64,000 bases of DNA, taken from Ignavibacteriota bacterium. GTDB lineage: Bacteria > Bacteroidota > Ignavibacteria > UBA10030 > UBA6906. The stretch is from positions 1,024,001 through 1,088,000 of the forward strand of contig CAWDEM010000008.1 in assembly GCA_963801355.1 (NCBI GenBank), written 5' to 3'. This document shows positions 49,624-60,054 of the stretch, in pieces. Each line of letters begins with the position of its first letter. Positions within the stretch are counted from its first letter, which is position 1. The notes under the pieces are model-generated. The model worked only from the letters and a program-made list of their open reading frames with translations. It was not told the origin of the DNA and did no database searches. The translations under genes and the position numbers were made by a program.

Positions 49624-49766
49624 AGCGAGATCTCCCGAACAGTTTGCTAAACTTAGCAGATCGGCGTGGGAAACACAACCCCACCCGCGCTGCTTGGAAA
49701 TCCATCGGATTGCATTGAATCGGCTCGACTCCGTCTCAGATCACAGAGATACGGCTGGATTCCCCC

Positions 49767-49958
49767 TCACTTCAGCAAACCCAACTCCCCTTCCAATCGC
49801 TTGATCTCAACTGTGATCGGATCGAGCTGTTTCTCCCGCATTTTCACAAGATCCTCCCGCTTTGTACCTTTTTCCATCATCGAGAGCATGCTGAAGACCT
49901 TGCGGTATTCCAGACGCAATTCCGCAATGCGTTTTTCGATATCGCTCCTGGTTGTCAT
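49767..49958 (-). CDS. Small coiled-coil hypothetical protein
   Basis: SD AAGGAGGAG, 63 aa with heptad pattern. Confidence 0.65.
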   Translation of the reverse strand: MTTRSDIEKRIAELRLEYRKVFSMLSMMEKGTKREDLVKMREKQLDPITVEIKRLEGELGLLK

Positions 49959-50073
49959 GGCCGCTCCTCCTTGCCGGAGTATACGACATATTTGTCGTAT
50001 TGGCAAGAGCCGTTCCCTTGACTCTGAGCGGGAACCTGTTTTAATGGAGAGAAATCAACCGCGAAGGCACATC

Positions 50074-50670
50074 ATGCTACAAGAGATCTGGGAACCTGAC
50101 CTGACGGTTCTGTTCGTTGGCAGTGCTGTGGAGGAGGTCTCGGACACGCTTGGCTTCCACTACCTTCACCCCAGAAATCGCTTCTGGGAGCTGCTTGAGA
50201 TTGGCGGAATCACGCCCGAACGAATTATCACCGCTTCGGAGCGCAAGGCTCTGACAGTCGGTCACGCGCGCGGAAACCTGAGCGATCCCATTCGTTCGAT
50301 GTTCATACAAAAGAAGACGTCCCAGCTGTTGAAACTTGGAATCGGGCTCACGTACTTGAACTGTCGTGTGATTGCCGCCAATGACAAAGACAAGGCCGCC
50401 AGACCTACTGAAGAAGACATCCAACAATTCGCCGGCAGGGTCGTAAAGCTAAACTCGAAGATACTGGCATTCGTGACCAATACCGATCTTTTTGTCGAAT
50501 TGTTCCAGAGTCGCTTTCCTGACGTCACACCCACACTTGGCCTGCAGTCATTCAAGATGGGCAACTCCGAGGTATGGCTTCTTGGTGCACCGGGCACGAT
50601 GCTTCGCGGGGAGACGCTCACCAAGCAAGAAGATGCATTCTTTGCCCTGGGGGAACGGATGGGAACCTAA
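50074..50670 (+). CDS. Mug/TDG-like uracil-DNA glycosylase fold protein with degenerate motifs
   Basis: L.VLFVG...G.HY.HPRNRFW.LL, LLKLGIGLT; the GINPG motif is replaced by GSAVE. Confidence 0.7.
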   Translation: MLQEIWEPDLTVLFVGSAVEEVSDTLGFHYLHPRNRFWELLEIGGITPERIITASERKALTVGHARGNLSDPIRSMFIQKKTSQLLKLGIGLTYLNCRVIAANDKDKAARPTEEDIQQFAGRVVKLNSKILAFVTNTDLFVELFQSRFPDVTPTLGLQSFKMGNSEVWLLGAPGTMLRGETLTKQEDAFFALGERMGT

Positions 50671-50844
50671 AGGAAGGAACCGCGAAGGAGTAGCTCCCCT
50701 TGATCCAGTATTTCGGAGACCGCCGCACTCGTGCCTCTTCAACATGTTGATTCAGTGCAACGAGGGGCACAGTGCTCGTTCCAGCTGCCGGAGTCGTGAT
50801 GCTCTTTACCATTAGTCTGTCAGAACGGCACTACTCCCTTCTGT

Positions 50845-51519
50845 TCATCTACTCTGAAAGTACTTCACGCATTCATTCTCTCTTCCCCGTACAACGCGTT
50901 TGCCCTTCAACGCACCGCGTGATTCCGTGACGACGGTGCACTGGTTTTCGCCTTTCCCCTTTTCATAATACACCACAACCCAATCGTCCGTCTTGCCAAG
51001 CTTATGAGCTGTTTCGGTATTGGAAAACATCACGGTGAACTTGTACCCTTTGTGCTCTTTGGCCATGAGCGGCAGCCATGCCTTGCCCTCGGGATTCAGC
51101 TTTTTCGGGGCAATCTTTTTGAGCTTGCCGGCTGCGGCTTTGCTGCGATACTCCTCATCGATCTCCAGCACCAGCTCAAGGGGGATGTCAATCGGTTTTT
51201 CAAACGTGTGTTTGATATCCTTCACCGCTTCAGCCGGTACTTCCTTCTCGAGCGTCTGAAGAAGTTCCACTTCGCCCTTCTCGACGTACTCCCCGATGAG
51301 GCCAGCGATCTTCTCACCTATCCCCTTGATGCCGGTGAGGGCACTCACGTCGTTGCCGAAAATCAGCTTCGCAATGGATTGTTTCGCATCGCGGGCGGAT
51401 TGTGCGGCGGTACGATAGCTGCGTATGCGGAAGGGATTGTCCTGCTTGGCCGCCAATAGATCGGCTATACGGTCGAGAAGATCGCCGATCTCTTTGTTCG
51501 TGGCGGGTTTTCGTGGCAT
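50845..51519 (-). CDS. Helix-hairpin-helix protein (PolX N-terminal-like domain plus conserved C-terminal domain)
   Basis: N.EI...L..IADLL....DNPFRIRSYR.AA, LTGIKGIGEKIA; C-terminal FSNT..AH.LGKT.DWVV, VVRGRE.EC. Confidence 0.85.
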   Translation of the reverse strand: MPRKPATNKEIGDLLDRIADLLAAKQDNPFRIRSYRTAAQSARDAKQSIAKLIFGNDVSALTGIKGIGEKIAGLIGEYVEKGEVELLQTLEKEVPAEAVKDIKHTFEKPIDIPLELVLEIDEEYRSKAAAGKLKKIAPKKLNPEGKAWLPLMAKEHKGYKFTVMFSNTETAHKLGKTDDWVVVYYEKGKGENQCTVVTESRGALKGKRVVRGRENECVKYFQSR

Positions 51520-51553
51520 GGTTGCCTCCGGGGTTAGTTCACACCCGCTTGCA

Positions 51554-52159
51554 TCATCTTATCGGTTGATGAAATGCGCTGGACAAATTCAGATGGAGGG
51601 GGCCAAACACACCAGAAGCCAAGACCGCGACAATCGCAACAGGTACCGCGATCGCAACAATGGTACTGCCTGTATCGAATTGTTCCACGTTTACCTGATT
51701 GAGATCATCGTCCCAAACCATACCGTCGAAAGCCTCGCCTGACATATCCTTTCGACGTTCCCCCTTGACCTCGTAACCCGTACCCAGCCAATGATGATTA
51801 CCAGCAGAGGATGTTTCCTTCGAACCATCCTGGAGAAGGAACGTGACTGCAGCATTATCAGGTGCTGAGCCATCTCCGCCTATGCTGCTCCCATTCAGGA
51901 TGTAGAGAGTGGAAATATCTGTCATCTTGAGCGTATCTACCGACACTTGCGGCGTTCCACGCACAAACTCTCCCTTGACCTGATATCCTCCTTCTTTTCG
52001 CTGATAGTCACCGACCTCTGACTTGATGCACGATCCGTCACGAAGGCAGAAGAACATAGTTTCCTCGCAAAACGCCGCTTCGTCTCGTGAAATCGGTCCC
52101 TGGGTATAGCACCCAATCGAGATCAGGGAAATCGATATGACGACGCAAATGAGCTTCAT
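51554..52159 (-). CDS. Hypothetical lipoprotein with internal duplication
   Basis: SIGC lipobox; FCLRDGS...GYQVKGE and FLLQDGS...GYEVKGE; C-terminal TM. Confidence 0.7.
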   Translation of the reverse strand: MKLICVVISISLISIGCYTQGPISRDEAAFCEETMFFCLRDGSCIKSEVGDYQRKEGGYQVKGEFVRGTPQVSVDTLKMTDISTLYILNGSSIGGDGSAPDNAAVTFLLQDGSKETSSAGNHHWLGTGYEVKGERRKDMSGEAFDGMVWDDDLNQVNVEQFDTGSTIVAIAVPVAIVAVLASGVFGPLHLNLSSAFHQPIR

Positions 52160-52288
52160 GGCACGTCCTCCGTTGCTTTTCTGAGGTTTCGAGTGCAAGC
52201 AACTGCCGGACGCAATATCGCCTTATCAGAGGAGATGGCTGTCACGGTTCTGTCATGAAGCTATCACAGATTCGCCATTCCCTTCGCT

Positions 52289-52687
52289 CTAGTCTGCCAC
52301 TTTGTCTTTGAGCAACCACGTAAGGATGAGTATGACAATAGCCACTGCCGCTGTTGTGGGCTGCATCCAGGACACGTAGCCGATGATTGACAGCTGCACC
52401 GCGAGCCACACGAACACGATTATGACTGAGGCAAAGGCTGCTGTCCGGGCAATACGGAGACGGGCAAATACAGCGATACATGCGAAGAGAAAGGATCCAC
52501 CCACAGCGACGAAAAGGACAAGGCCGGGAATGAAGTAGCTGTGGAAAGGACTCCCTTCAAGCCACTCGAGGGGGACGCCTTCAGCACCCGACAGCCCGAA
52601 GTAACCGCCTGCGAAACCATTCAAAGCGGCGAAAGCAAGCAGAGAGCCCAGCACATTGCGCGTAAGCTTCTGGGGAGAATTTGACAT
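52289..52687 (-). CDS. Small 4-TM membrane protein
   Basis: GG...L...EGVP.EWLEGSPF.SYFIPGLVLF; hydrophobic segments. Confidence 0.75.
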   Translation of the reverse strand: MSNSPQKLTRNVLGSLLAFAALNGFAGGYFGLSGAEGVPLEWLEGSPFHSYFIPGLVLFVAVGGSFLFACIAVFARLRIARTAAFASVIIVFVWLAVQLSIIGYVSWMQPTTAAVAIVILILTWLLKDKVAD

Positions 52688-52700
52688 GAGATCGCTTTCC

Positions 52701-53412
52701 CTACCTTCCTGGGATTCGGTGATCTGGCGTTGTGGCACTGCCGCCCGATCGCCTTCCGGCAAGCTGAATGATATCGGGGACCTCCAGTATCTTCTTCGGA
52801 TATCCCACCGTGACTGTATGAATCATCGCAAGTCCCATTTCCTCCAATGTGCAGGCATTCTTTGGAGACAGCGCCTTCACCAGGGGGTATAGGAATCCCA
52901 CCGCTTTAAAGAGTCTCTGTCAAATTCTTCTGACCGGAATTCGGTTTCAGCAGTCCCGGCCTGAACAGATAGACTGCTTTGAACGGAAGTCTTGCGAGAT
53001 GGTTCTCTGTTCTCCCTTTCACACGTGCCCACATAAGGCGTCCATGCTCGGAGCTATCGGTGCCCGCACCCGACACGTAGCAGAATGTCATTTCGGGATT
53101 CAGTCGAGAAAGCGTCGTAGCCACATGCATCGTGAGGTCGTATGTGGTCCGGGTATAATCCTGCTCATTCATTCCCACGGAAGAAACCCCAAGGCAGAAG
53201 AAGCATGCATGATACCCCGTGAGTTGTCCTTCAATCGAAGCGAAGTCAAAGAAATCCTGGTGTATCAGTTCCTTCAATTTGCTATGTACAATTCCGCAGG
53301 GTTTCCGACCTACAACCAGCACAGATTCCACGTCATCGTGTTTGAGGGCTTCGATGAGAACACCCTCCCCGACCATCCCCGAAGCACCGAGTACTACTGT
53401 CCTGATCTTCAT
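52701..53412 (-). pseudogene. NAD(P)-binding epimerase-like (TIP30/YraR-type) protein, frameshifted near 52920
   Basis: LGASGMVG, ACFFCLG, YVSGAG, WARVKG.TE, FRPG; the C-terminal LYP...GLAMI...LEVPDI part is in the next frame. Confidence 0.85.
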
Positions 53413-53438
53413 CTGTTATTTCATCCTCACTTTATCCA

Positions 53439-53482
53439 TTTACTCAATACGTTGAGTAAATTTACTCAATGCAATGAGTAAA
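53439..53482. promoter_or_regulatory. Two tandem 22-bp palindromic operator-like sites
   Basis: TTTACTCAA-TACG-TTGAGTAAA followed directly by TTTACTCA-ATGCAA-TGAGTAAA. Confidence 0.75.
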
Positions 53483-53566
53483 GTCAGGGAAAAAAACCGT
53501 CGGGAAATCGCCAGCAAATGGGGTTTTCGATTGCTCGAAGTGGGGCCGGAGGTGGTCTCGTGTTCA

Positions 53567-53608
53567 TGTCAGGCAAGAGACCGCGAGTTCGAGTCTCGTC
53601 CACACCGC
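53567..53608 (+). other. 3' fragment of a tRNA-Asp(GTC)-like gene (possible att-site scar)
   Basis: TGTCA anticodon remnant, T-arm GCGAG-TTCGAGT-CTCGT, acceptor strand CCACACC-G-C; no D-arm or matching 5' acceptor strand. Confidence 0.65.
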
Positions 53609-53735
53609 GGTTTTGAAGTGAAAAACGGCAATTTCCCTCCGCCGACTCTCCAGCGGGCGCATACACTTGACCGTTAGTGACAATTTAGTGAGAAGTTGGA
53701 TATATTTATCTGAAACAACAAGAAAGACCAAGATC

Positions 53736-54605
53736 ATGGTTTCAAATATTCAAACTGAAAAAGCTGAAATGTTCTTGAAATTTCACCAAGACAAAGAAAT
53801 TTTAGTTCTGTTAAACTCATGGGACATCGGAAGTTCTAAATTGATAGAAGCATGTGGCTATAAAGCAATCGCAACAACAAGCATGGGAATAGCTGCCTCT
53901 TTAGGTTATCCTGACTGCCAGGTAATACAATTGTCAGAAATGATTGAAGCTATAACGGGGATCGTGAATGGAGTACAAGTTCCGGTAACCGTGGATATAG
54001 AAGCCGGATATGGAAATAACTTAAATGAAATAATTGATTCGGTTACAAAGATCATTGCAACAGGAATTGTCGGAATAAACATTGAAGACAGTATTGATGT
54101 GAATCCAGTATTAATTGACGAGATGGAATTTTGTGAAAGAATATCAGCTATTCGTGCATTGTCAGATTCACTGGGCTTTCATTTGGTAATTAATGCGAGG
54201 ACTGATTCATTCTATACTTCATCAGGTTCGCCACGAGAAAAATTATCTGAATCAATAAAGCGTGGCAATAAATACCGGGAAGCAGGCGCAGACTGCATAT
54301 TTGTTCAGCCTGTATGGGAAAGAGAAACGATTTCAACACTGGTTAAGGAAATCAATGCCCCAATCAACATTCTTTCAAACCCTGGGATTGGGGCAGGACT
54401 ACCTCCATCTGTTCGAGAACTGCAGGATTTAGGTGTCGCCCGTTTAAGCCTAGGTTCAAGTTTGATGAAAGCTACTTTAGCTTTAATCAAGAAAGTTGCT
54501 GACGAACTATCAGAAAAAGGAACTTACAATATTTTGCTAGATACTCTAACACCGCTCCCCGATGCAGCATTGGCCTACAAAATGGCAATAGGGTTAAATA
54601 AATGA
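53736..54605 (+). CDS. Isocitrate lyase/PEP mutase family protein (AT-rich)
   Basis: NSWD..S, AIATTS.GIA.SLGYPD, PVTVDIEAGYG, GINIED, INARTD, AGADCIF. Confidence 0.92.
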   Translation: MVSNIQTEKAEMFLKFHQDKEILVLLNSWDIGSSKLIEACGYKAIATTSMGIAASLGYPDCQVIQLSEMIEAITGIVNGVQVPVTVDIEAGYGNNLNEIIDSVTKIIATGIVGINIEDSIDVNPVLIDEMEFCERISAIRALSDSLGFHLVINARTDSFYTSSGSPREKLSESIKRGNKYREAGADCIFVQPVWERETISTLVKEINAPINILSNPGIGAGLPPSVRELQDLGVARLSLGSSLMKATLALIKKVADELSEKGTYNILLDTLTPLPDAALAYKMAIGLNK

Positions 54606-54637
54606 AGAACAGCCTGTTCCCGTCCCACAATTCGCGT

Positions 54638-54666
54638 TTGACAATCTGCTTGTTTTGTACTACTAT
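54638..54666 (+). promoter_or_regulatory. Sigma70-like promoter of kinase 1
   Basis: TTGACA-N17-TACTAT; homologous to 57456..57484. Confidence 0.75.
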
Positions 54667-54696
54667 GTCGCCGACTCCTTACTTACAGCAACTGTC

Positions 54697-57315
54697 ATGT
54701 CCACACTCGTTGGTCAGACGGTTTCTCATTACAAGATCCTCGAGCACCTCGGCGGCGGAGGCATGGGCGTCGTCTACAAAGCCCAGGACCTTAAGCTCGA
54801 CCGTCTGGTAGCCCTCAAGTTTCTCCCTCCCGATCTCACGCGCGACCCTGAGGCCAAGGAGCGTTTCGTCCACGAGGCCAAAGCCGCTTCCGCACTCCAG
54901 CATAACAATATCTGCACCGTCCACGACATCGACGAATCCACCGACGGGCAGCTATTCATCGTCATGGACTTCTACGAGGGAGAGACGCTCAAGAAGAGGA
55001 TAGGGCGAGGCCCTCTATCGATCCGCGACGCCGTTGATATCGCCATCCAGCTCGCCCAGGGCCTCACGAAAGCCCATGAGCACGGGATTGTCCACCGGGA
55101 CATCAAGCCGGCGAACGTCATGATCACCTCCGACGGCGTGGCCAAGATCGTCGACTTTGGGCTGGCGAAACTCTCCGGGCGGACGATGCTCACGAAAACG
55201 GGCTCCACGCTCGGCACTGCGGCATACATGTCGCCCGAGCAGACCCGGGGTGAACCAGCCGATCAGAGAACCGACATCTGGTCCTTGGGAGTTGTTCTCT
55301 ATGAGATGCTCACCGGCAAGCGGCCGTTCGATGCGGAATACGAGAACGCCCTTATGTACTCGATCGTCAATGCCGAGCCTGAACATATCACGGCACTCCG
55401 GACCGGCGTCCCAATGGAGCTCGAACGCATTATCGGCAAGTGCATGGCGAAAACTCCGAAAGACCGTTACCAGCACGCCGACGAGCTCATCGTTGACCTC
55501 CGTACCAGTTGCCCCACTGCCACGTCGTCGCCTTCGGGATCGCCGGGAGCAGCAGTTGCCCGAGGTCGACGGATGCGGACGCGTCTGATCCTCAGTGTCA
55601 CAGCCCTGATTGTGGTGGCTGTCTGCGCGTGGTTCTTCCTGACAAAGCCCTCCGGCGAGATGAGGGAGCTCCGCAGGAAATCGATCGCGGTGCTTCCTTT
55701 CAGTCCGTTCGGCCGAACGTTCGATGACACAGTCTTCGCTGATGGAATCCACGACGATATCCTCACGCAGCTCTCCAAGATCAGCGGGCTGCGCGTTATT
55801 GCCCGGACCTCCATGGTACTCTACCGGGATTCGAAGAAGACACCGCGCCAGATCGGAGACGATCTCGACGTTGGGTATCTGCTCGAGGGAAGCACACGCC
55901 GCTCCGGAGGTAAGATCCGCATCACGGCCCAGCTGATCAAGACAGCGGACGAGGGGCACCTATGGGCGGAGACCTACGACAGAAATGATGCGGACGTGTT
56001 TGCCGTGCAAAGTGACATTGCCCAGCGGATCTCCTCATCGATGGAGGCAGTCCTTTCACCGGCTGAGAAGGCAGCGGTGGAAGAGATCCCCACACGGAGC
56101 ACAGAGGCCTACAACTACTATCTTCAGGGAAAACATTACTGGGAAAACTACTATGATAGCGCGGGGAATGCGAAAGCCGCTGAGTTCTTTGAGAAGGCGG
56201 CAGAGAAGGATCCCACATTTACGCAGGCGTTCGCGATGGCTGCGGTAGCCAACGACGCAGTGCATGCTTTCTTCGGGGATCATACCACTGGGCGAATCGC
56301 GAGGATCACCTCAGCGCTCAAGAGCGCACGCCTCCTCAACCCTGATGATCCAGTCGTTCATTACGCACAAGGCCTATACATCCTTGACCTCGACACTGCT
56401 CGAGGAAAGATGGAGCGCGCCAGGTTGGCAATGGCGGAATTCCAAGAAGGACTGAAGACCCGTCCCAATTGGTATGACCTCCATTACAGTGTGGCCGATC
56501 TCCAGCGGCTCGAAGGGGCATGGCCGGAGGCGCGCGAATCAATCAGAAAGGCCTTCTCGCTGAATCCGCTGGGCCTGGCTCCGGAATGGGGTCCATGGAG
56601 TGCGTCCCGCTGGCTCCGGGACTGGGACGTTGCCAGGGAAGAGATTGACGAATACATTGCACGGCATCCCGATGATCTGGAAGGCTATTGGGACAAGATG
56701 CGCATACTCATTGGTGGATTTGGAGATCTTGAGGGCGCACGGGCCGTTCTTGAATATGGAATGAAGTTGCCTCTGAATCAGGGTCGAGATCGACGTTTTC
56801 TTATCACACCCAACGATCTCTGGATCGTGAAATACTATCAAGGGAAATACCAGGAGGCTCTTGCGTGTCTGGCGGCACAGCCCGGCGATGATATCACCGC
56901 GCACTGGACCCGTTGGATCCGGAAAGGCATGACCTATGTTGCCCTAAATCAGCGTGCGACTGCGATGGCCTGTTTTGACTCAGCACTCTCATATACAGAC
57001 CTACTTCCGGCAGGATTTCGGAAGTATTATCGCACTGGAATCGCGCTGGCATGGCGTGGCCATCATGAGAGGGCGGCGCTGGAGTTTGAGAAAGCAAGCA
57101 AGGGCGAGCTTTGGTGGCCTCAAAGAAAAGAGCTTGAAGAAGCACAGGCGCAGGCAGCCGTATTGGCCGCCGATACCGACCAGGCGCTAAACCTGCTTGA
57201 ACAACTCATCCCGATGCCTGGATATCTGACCGTCTGGGATCTTCGACTCGACCCTTTGTACAACCCCCTCGGGAGCAATCGCCGGTTTCAAGCACTTCTT
57301 GCCAAGTACAAGTGA
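54697..57315 (+). CDS. Ser/Thr protein kinase (Hanks type) with TM, TolB-N-like domain and TPR repeats
   Basis: [39 protein letters not shown]; SIAVLPF; C-terminal LRLDP. Confidence 0.93.
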   Translation: MSTLVGQTVSHYKILEHLGGGGMGVVYKAQDLKLDRLVALKFLPPDLTRDPEAKERFVHEAKAASALQHNNICTVHDIDESTDGQLFIVMDFYEGETLKKRIGRGPLSIRDAVDIAIQLAQGLTKAHEHGIVHRDIKPANVMITSDGVAKIVDFGLAKLSGRTMLTKTGSTLGTAAYMSPEQTRGEPADQRTDIWSLGVVLYEMLTGKRPFDAEYENALMYSIVNAEPEHITALRTGVPMELERIIGKCMAKTPKDRYQHADELIVDLRTSCPTATSSPSGSPGAAVARGRRMRTRLILSVTALIVVAVCAWFFLTKPSGEMRELRRKSIAVLPFSPFGRTFDDTVFADGIHDDILTQLSKISGLRVIARTSMVLYRDSKKTPRQIGDDLDVGYLLEGSTRRSGGKIRITAQLIKTADEGHLWAETYDRNDADVFAVQSDIAQRISSSMEAVLSPAEKAAVEEIPTRSTEAYNYYLQGKHYWENYYDSAGNAKAAEFFEKAAEKDPTFTQAFAMAAVANDAVHAFFGDHTTGRIARITSALKSARLLNPDDPVVHYAQGLYILDLDTARGKMERARLAMAEFQEGLKTRPNWYDLHYSVADLQRLEGAWPEARESIRKAFSLNPLGLAPEWGPWSASRWLRDWDVAREEIDEYIARHPDDLEGYWDKMRILIGGFGDLEGARAVLEYGMKLPLNQGRDRRFLITPNDLWIVKYYQGKYQEALACLAAQPGDDITAHWTRWIRKGMTYVALNQRATAMACFDSALSYTDLLPAGFRKYYRTGIALAWRGHHERAALEFEKASKGELWWPQRKELEEAQAQAAVLAADTDQALNLLEQLIPMPGYLTVWDLRLDPLYNPLGSNRRFQALLAKYK

Positions 57316-57378
57316 ATTCCATCACGATAAGGGTTCTGCGGGACCCCCGTCCGCCCCGCACCAATTGAATGTGCAACG

Positions 57379-57407
57379 AAGCCCGGCACCGTCGGGCCTT
57401 TTCGTTT
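57379..57407 (+). terminator. Probable intrinsic terminator
   Basis: GCCCGGC-ACC-GTCGGGC followed by CTTTTCGTTT. Confidence 0.55.
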
Positions 57408-57455
57408 CTTGCGGGGCAAACCCGGACCTCGCCCAGTCCCTCCCGTCAATCGCGT

Positions 57456-57484
57456 TTGACTATCCACTTGTTATGAGCTAACTT
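57456..57484 (+). promoter_or_regulatory. Sigma70-like promoter of kinase 2
   Basis: TTGACT-N17-TAACTT in a block homologous to the kinase 1 upstream region. Confidence 0.7.
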
Positions 57485-57514
57485 ACCTCCGTCACTCTTC
57501 CTGAAGGAACTGTC

Positions 57515-59866
57515 ATGGCTACACTCGTTGGTCAGACGGTTTCTCACTACAAGATCCTGGAGCACCTCGGCGGCGGAGGAATGGGCGTTGTCTACAAAGC
57601 CCAGGACCTCAAGCTCGACCGCCCCGTCGCGCTGAAGTTCCTCCCTCCCGACCTTACGCGCGACCCCGAAGCAAAGCAGCGATTTGTTCAAGAGGCCAAG
57701 GCCGCCTCAACCCTACAACAGAGTAACATTTGCGTCGTTTACGATATCGATGAAACTGCTGATGAGCAGATGTTCATCAGCATGGAGTACCTCGAAGGTG
57801 AGACGCTCAAGAAGAAGATCGAGCGCGGACCGCTGAAGATCGAAGAAGCGATCGATATCGCCACCCAAATTGCGCAGGGTCTCACCAAGGCCCACGGACA
57901 CGGCATCATCCACCGCGATATCAAGCCCGCCAACATCATGATGACGAACGATGGCGTGGCCAAGATCGTCGATTTCGGGCTGGCGAAACTCTCCGGGCAA
58001 TGCAGACTGACGCGGACTGGATCGACAGTCGGGACAGTGGCGTACATGTCGCCAGAGCAGTTCCGCACCGGGGAGGTTGATCACCGGAGTGACATCTTCT
58101 CCCTCGGAGTGGTCTTGTACGAATTGGTAACATCCCGCCTCCCCTTCCGCGGAGAGTTCGAGGCCGCAGTGAGCTATTCTGTCCTCAACGACCGACCGTT
58201 GCCGGTCTCGTCGTTTAGAGAGGGTGTGCCGCCGGCGCTCGAGCAGGTTATTGCCCGCTGTCTTGAGAAGGAGACGATTAGGCGCTACCAATCAACCGAA
58301 GAGATCACAGCAGACCTCAGAAGCGTGGCGCGGGATCTAGCAGGCCCGGTTGAGAGACGCCCGGTGAAGTCCGGCGTGTGGAGGGCTCTCGCGAGACCTT
58401 CGATCTGGGTGCCGACCGCTCTCGGCATAATAGCCATTGCTGTACTGCTGTATGTTCTTTTCCCCCGATCACCTTCTCCCTCTCTGTCGGGCAAATCCAT
58501 CGCCGTGCTCCCATTCCAGAATCTGAGCGACAGCAAGGAGGATGAGTATTTCAGCGATGGCATCACCGACGACATCATTGCACAGCTCTCCAAAATCACC
58601 GATCTAAAGGTCATTTCGCGTACCTCGGTCATGCAGTATAAGGGCAGCACAAAGAGCGTTCGCGAAATCGGGAAGGACCTCGGCGTTGCCACGGTGCTTG
58701 AAGGCAGCGTAAGACGCTCGGGCAACGACCTCCGCATCGTGGCACAGCTTATCGATGCCAACAATGAAGGACATCTCTGGGTCGAGACCTATAACCGAAC
58801 GCTGACCGAGGTGTTTGCCATACAGAGTGACGTCGCCCAGCAGATCGCCGCCGCACTGCAGGCGAAGCTTTCTCCTGTTGAGAAGAGCCGCATCGAAAAG
58901 CAACAGACGGAGAACACGGAGGCGTATCAGCTATACCTCAAAGGGAGGTTCTACTGGAACAAGAGGCGCGTCGATCACATTGAAACTGCCATTGAGTACT
59001 TCACGCAGGCAATCGAGAAGGATCCCGGCTACGGGCTGGCGTACGCAGGACTGGCATCCTCCTACGTGCTCTTCCCGTCATACGGGCTCTCCCCCGTGGA
59101 ATGGTACACCAAGGCCCGCACCGCAGCTCAAAGGGCACTGGAGATCGATCCCACGCTGGTAGAGGCGCATGCGGTGCTGGGACTCCTTGCCGAAGATAGT
59201 GACTTCGACTGGCGGGGGGCGGAGCATCATTTCCGAAGGGCAATTGAGCTCGACCCAAATTACCCCACAGCACGCCAGTGGTACGCCGGCATGCTCATGT
59301 ACACCGGCAGGCTTGATGAAGCGCTCGCCGAGGTCAACCGAGCACAGGAACTGGATCCGCTTTCACTCATCATCAACATGGCGCTCGGTGATGCCCTGTA
59401 TCTGATGCGCCACTACGATAGGGCACTGGCGCAATACCAGAACACACTCGCCCTGGACCAGACCTTCGCGTGGGCCTACATCGGCCTGGGGGAAGTGTAT
59501 GTAGCCCTGGGAAGATCTCACGAGGCGATCGCGGCGTTCAGGAAGTCAGACAGCCTCGGCAGCGGATCCCCAGTGGGACTTGCCTACCTCGGCCGCGCGT
59601 ACATCAGCGCCGGGAGGAGGGATGACGCCCGGAGGATACTCGACTCGCTTCTGCAGTTCGAACGGCAAGGGTATGCTGTCTCTACAGGGATTGGATATCT
59701 TTACTTCCAGCTCGGGGAAAAGGAGAAGGGACTTGCGTGGCTCGAGAAGGCGTACCAGGCACGGGAGCCCGAACTCCTCTATCTCGCGGTGGATCCATCC
59801 CTGGAGAGTGTTCGCTCGGACTCGAGATGTGTTGCCTTGCTGAAGAAGATGGGTCTTCGTGACTGA
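57515..59866 (+). CDS. Second Ser/Thr protein kinase-TolB-N-TPR paralog
   Basis: Same kinase motifs; [11 protein letters not shown]...EYFSDGITD; [18 protein letters not shown] block. Confidence 0.93.
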   Translation: MATLVGQTVSHYKILEHLGGGGMGVVYKAQDLKLDRPVALKFLPPDLTRDPEAKQRFVQEAKAASTLQQSNICVVYDIDETADEQMFISMEYLEGETLKKKIERGPLKIEEAIDIATQIAQGLTKAHGHGIIHRDIKPANIMMTNDGVAKIVDFGLAKLSGQCRLTRTGSTVGTVAYMSPEQFRTGEVDHRSDIFSLGVVLYELVTSRLPFRGEFEAAVSYSVLNDRPLPVSSFREGVPPALEQVIARCLEKETIRRYQSTEEITADLRSVARDLAGPVERRPVKSGVWRALARPSIWVPTALGIIAIAVLLYVLFPRSPSPSLSGKSIAVLPFQNLSDSKEDEYFSDGITDDIIAQLSKITDLKVISRTSVMQYKGSTKSVREIGKDLGVATVLEGSVRRSGNDLRIVAQLIDANNEGHLWVETYNRTLTEVFAIQSDVAQQIAAALQAKLSPVEKSRIEKQQTENTEAYQLYLKGRFYWNKRRVDHIETAIEYFTQAIEKDPGYGLAYAGLASSYVLFPSYGLSPVEWYTKARTAAQRALEIDPTLVEAHAVLGLLAEDSDFDWRGAEHHFRRAIELDPNYPTARQWYAGMLMYTGRLDEALAEVNRAQELDPLSLIINMALGDALYLMRHYDRALAQYQNTLALDQTFAWAYIGLGEVYVALGRSHEAIAAFRKSDSLGSGSPVGLAYLGRAYISAGRRDDARRILDSLLQFERQGYAVSTGIGYLYFQLGEKEKGLAWLEKAYQAREPELLYLAVDPSLESVRSDSRCVALLKKMGLRD

Positions 59867-60054
59867 ACATCACACTTTTCCGGCGGTGGCGCAGTGCTCC
59901 AGCAGCCTGGTCTAGAGTGTGCTTGACCAATATCGCTATGGAAGATGGTTCACCGGGAGATGACAGGGGTCGAGGCATTTCGGCAAAGGCCAACGTCCAG
60001 GCACGGTCGTAACTCATTGAGGTCAACTGGGGTCCTTGCTATTCCGTTTCCAGA

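Noticed and set aside
49666-50073. N-terminal extension of the Mug-like ORF
   Set aside because: It overlaps the small coiled-coil gene on the opposite strand; Mug similarity begins at ATG 50074.
53540-53610. Functional tRNA gene
   Set aside because: No D-arm, no 5' acceptor strand, broken anticodon stem and no CCA; kept only as a fragment.
54697-59866. Diversity-generating retroelement or similar targeted variation
   Set aside because: No reverse transcriptase and no adenine-specific TR/VR pair was seen.
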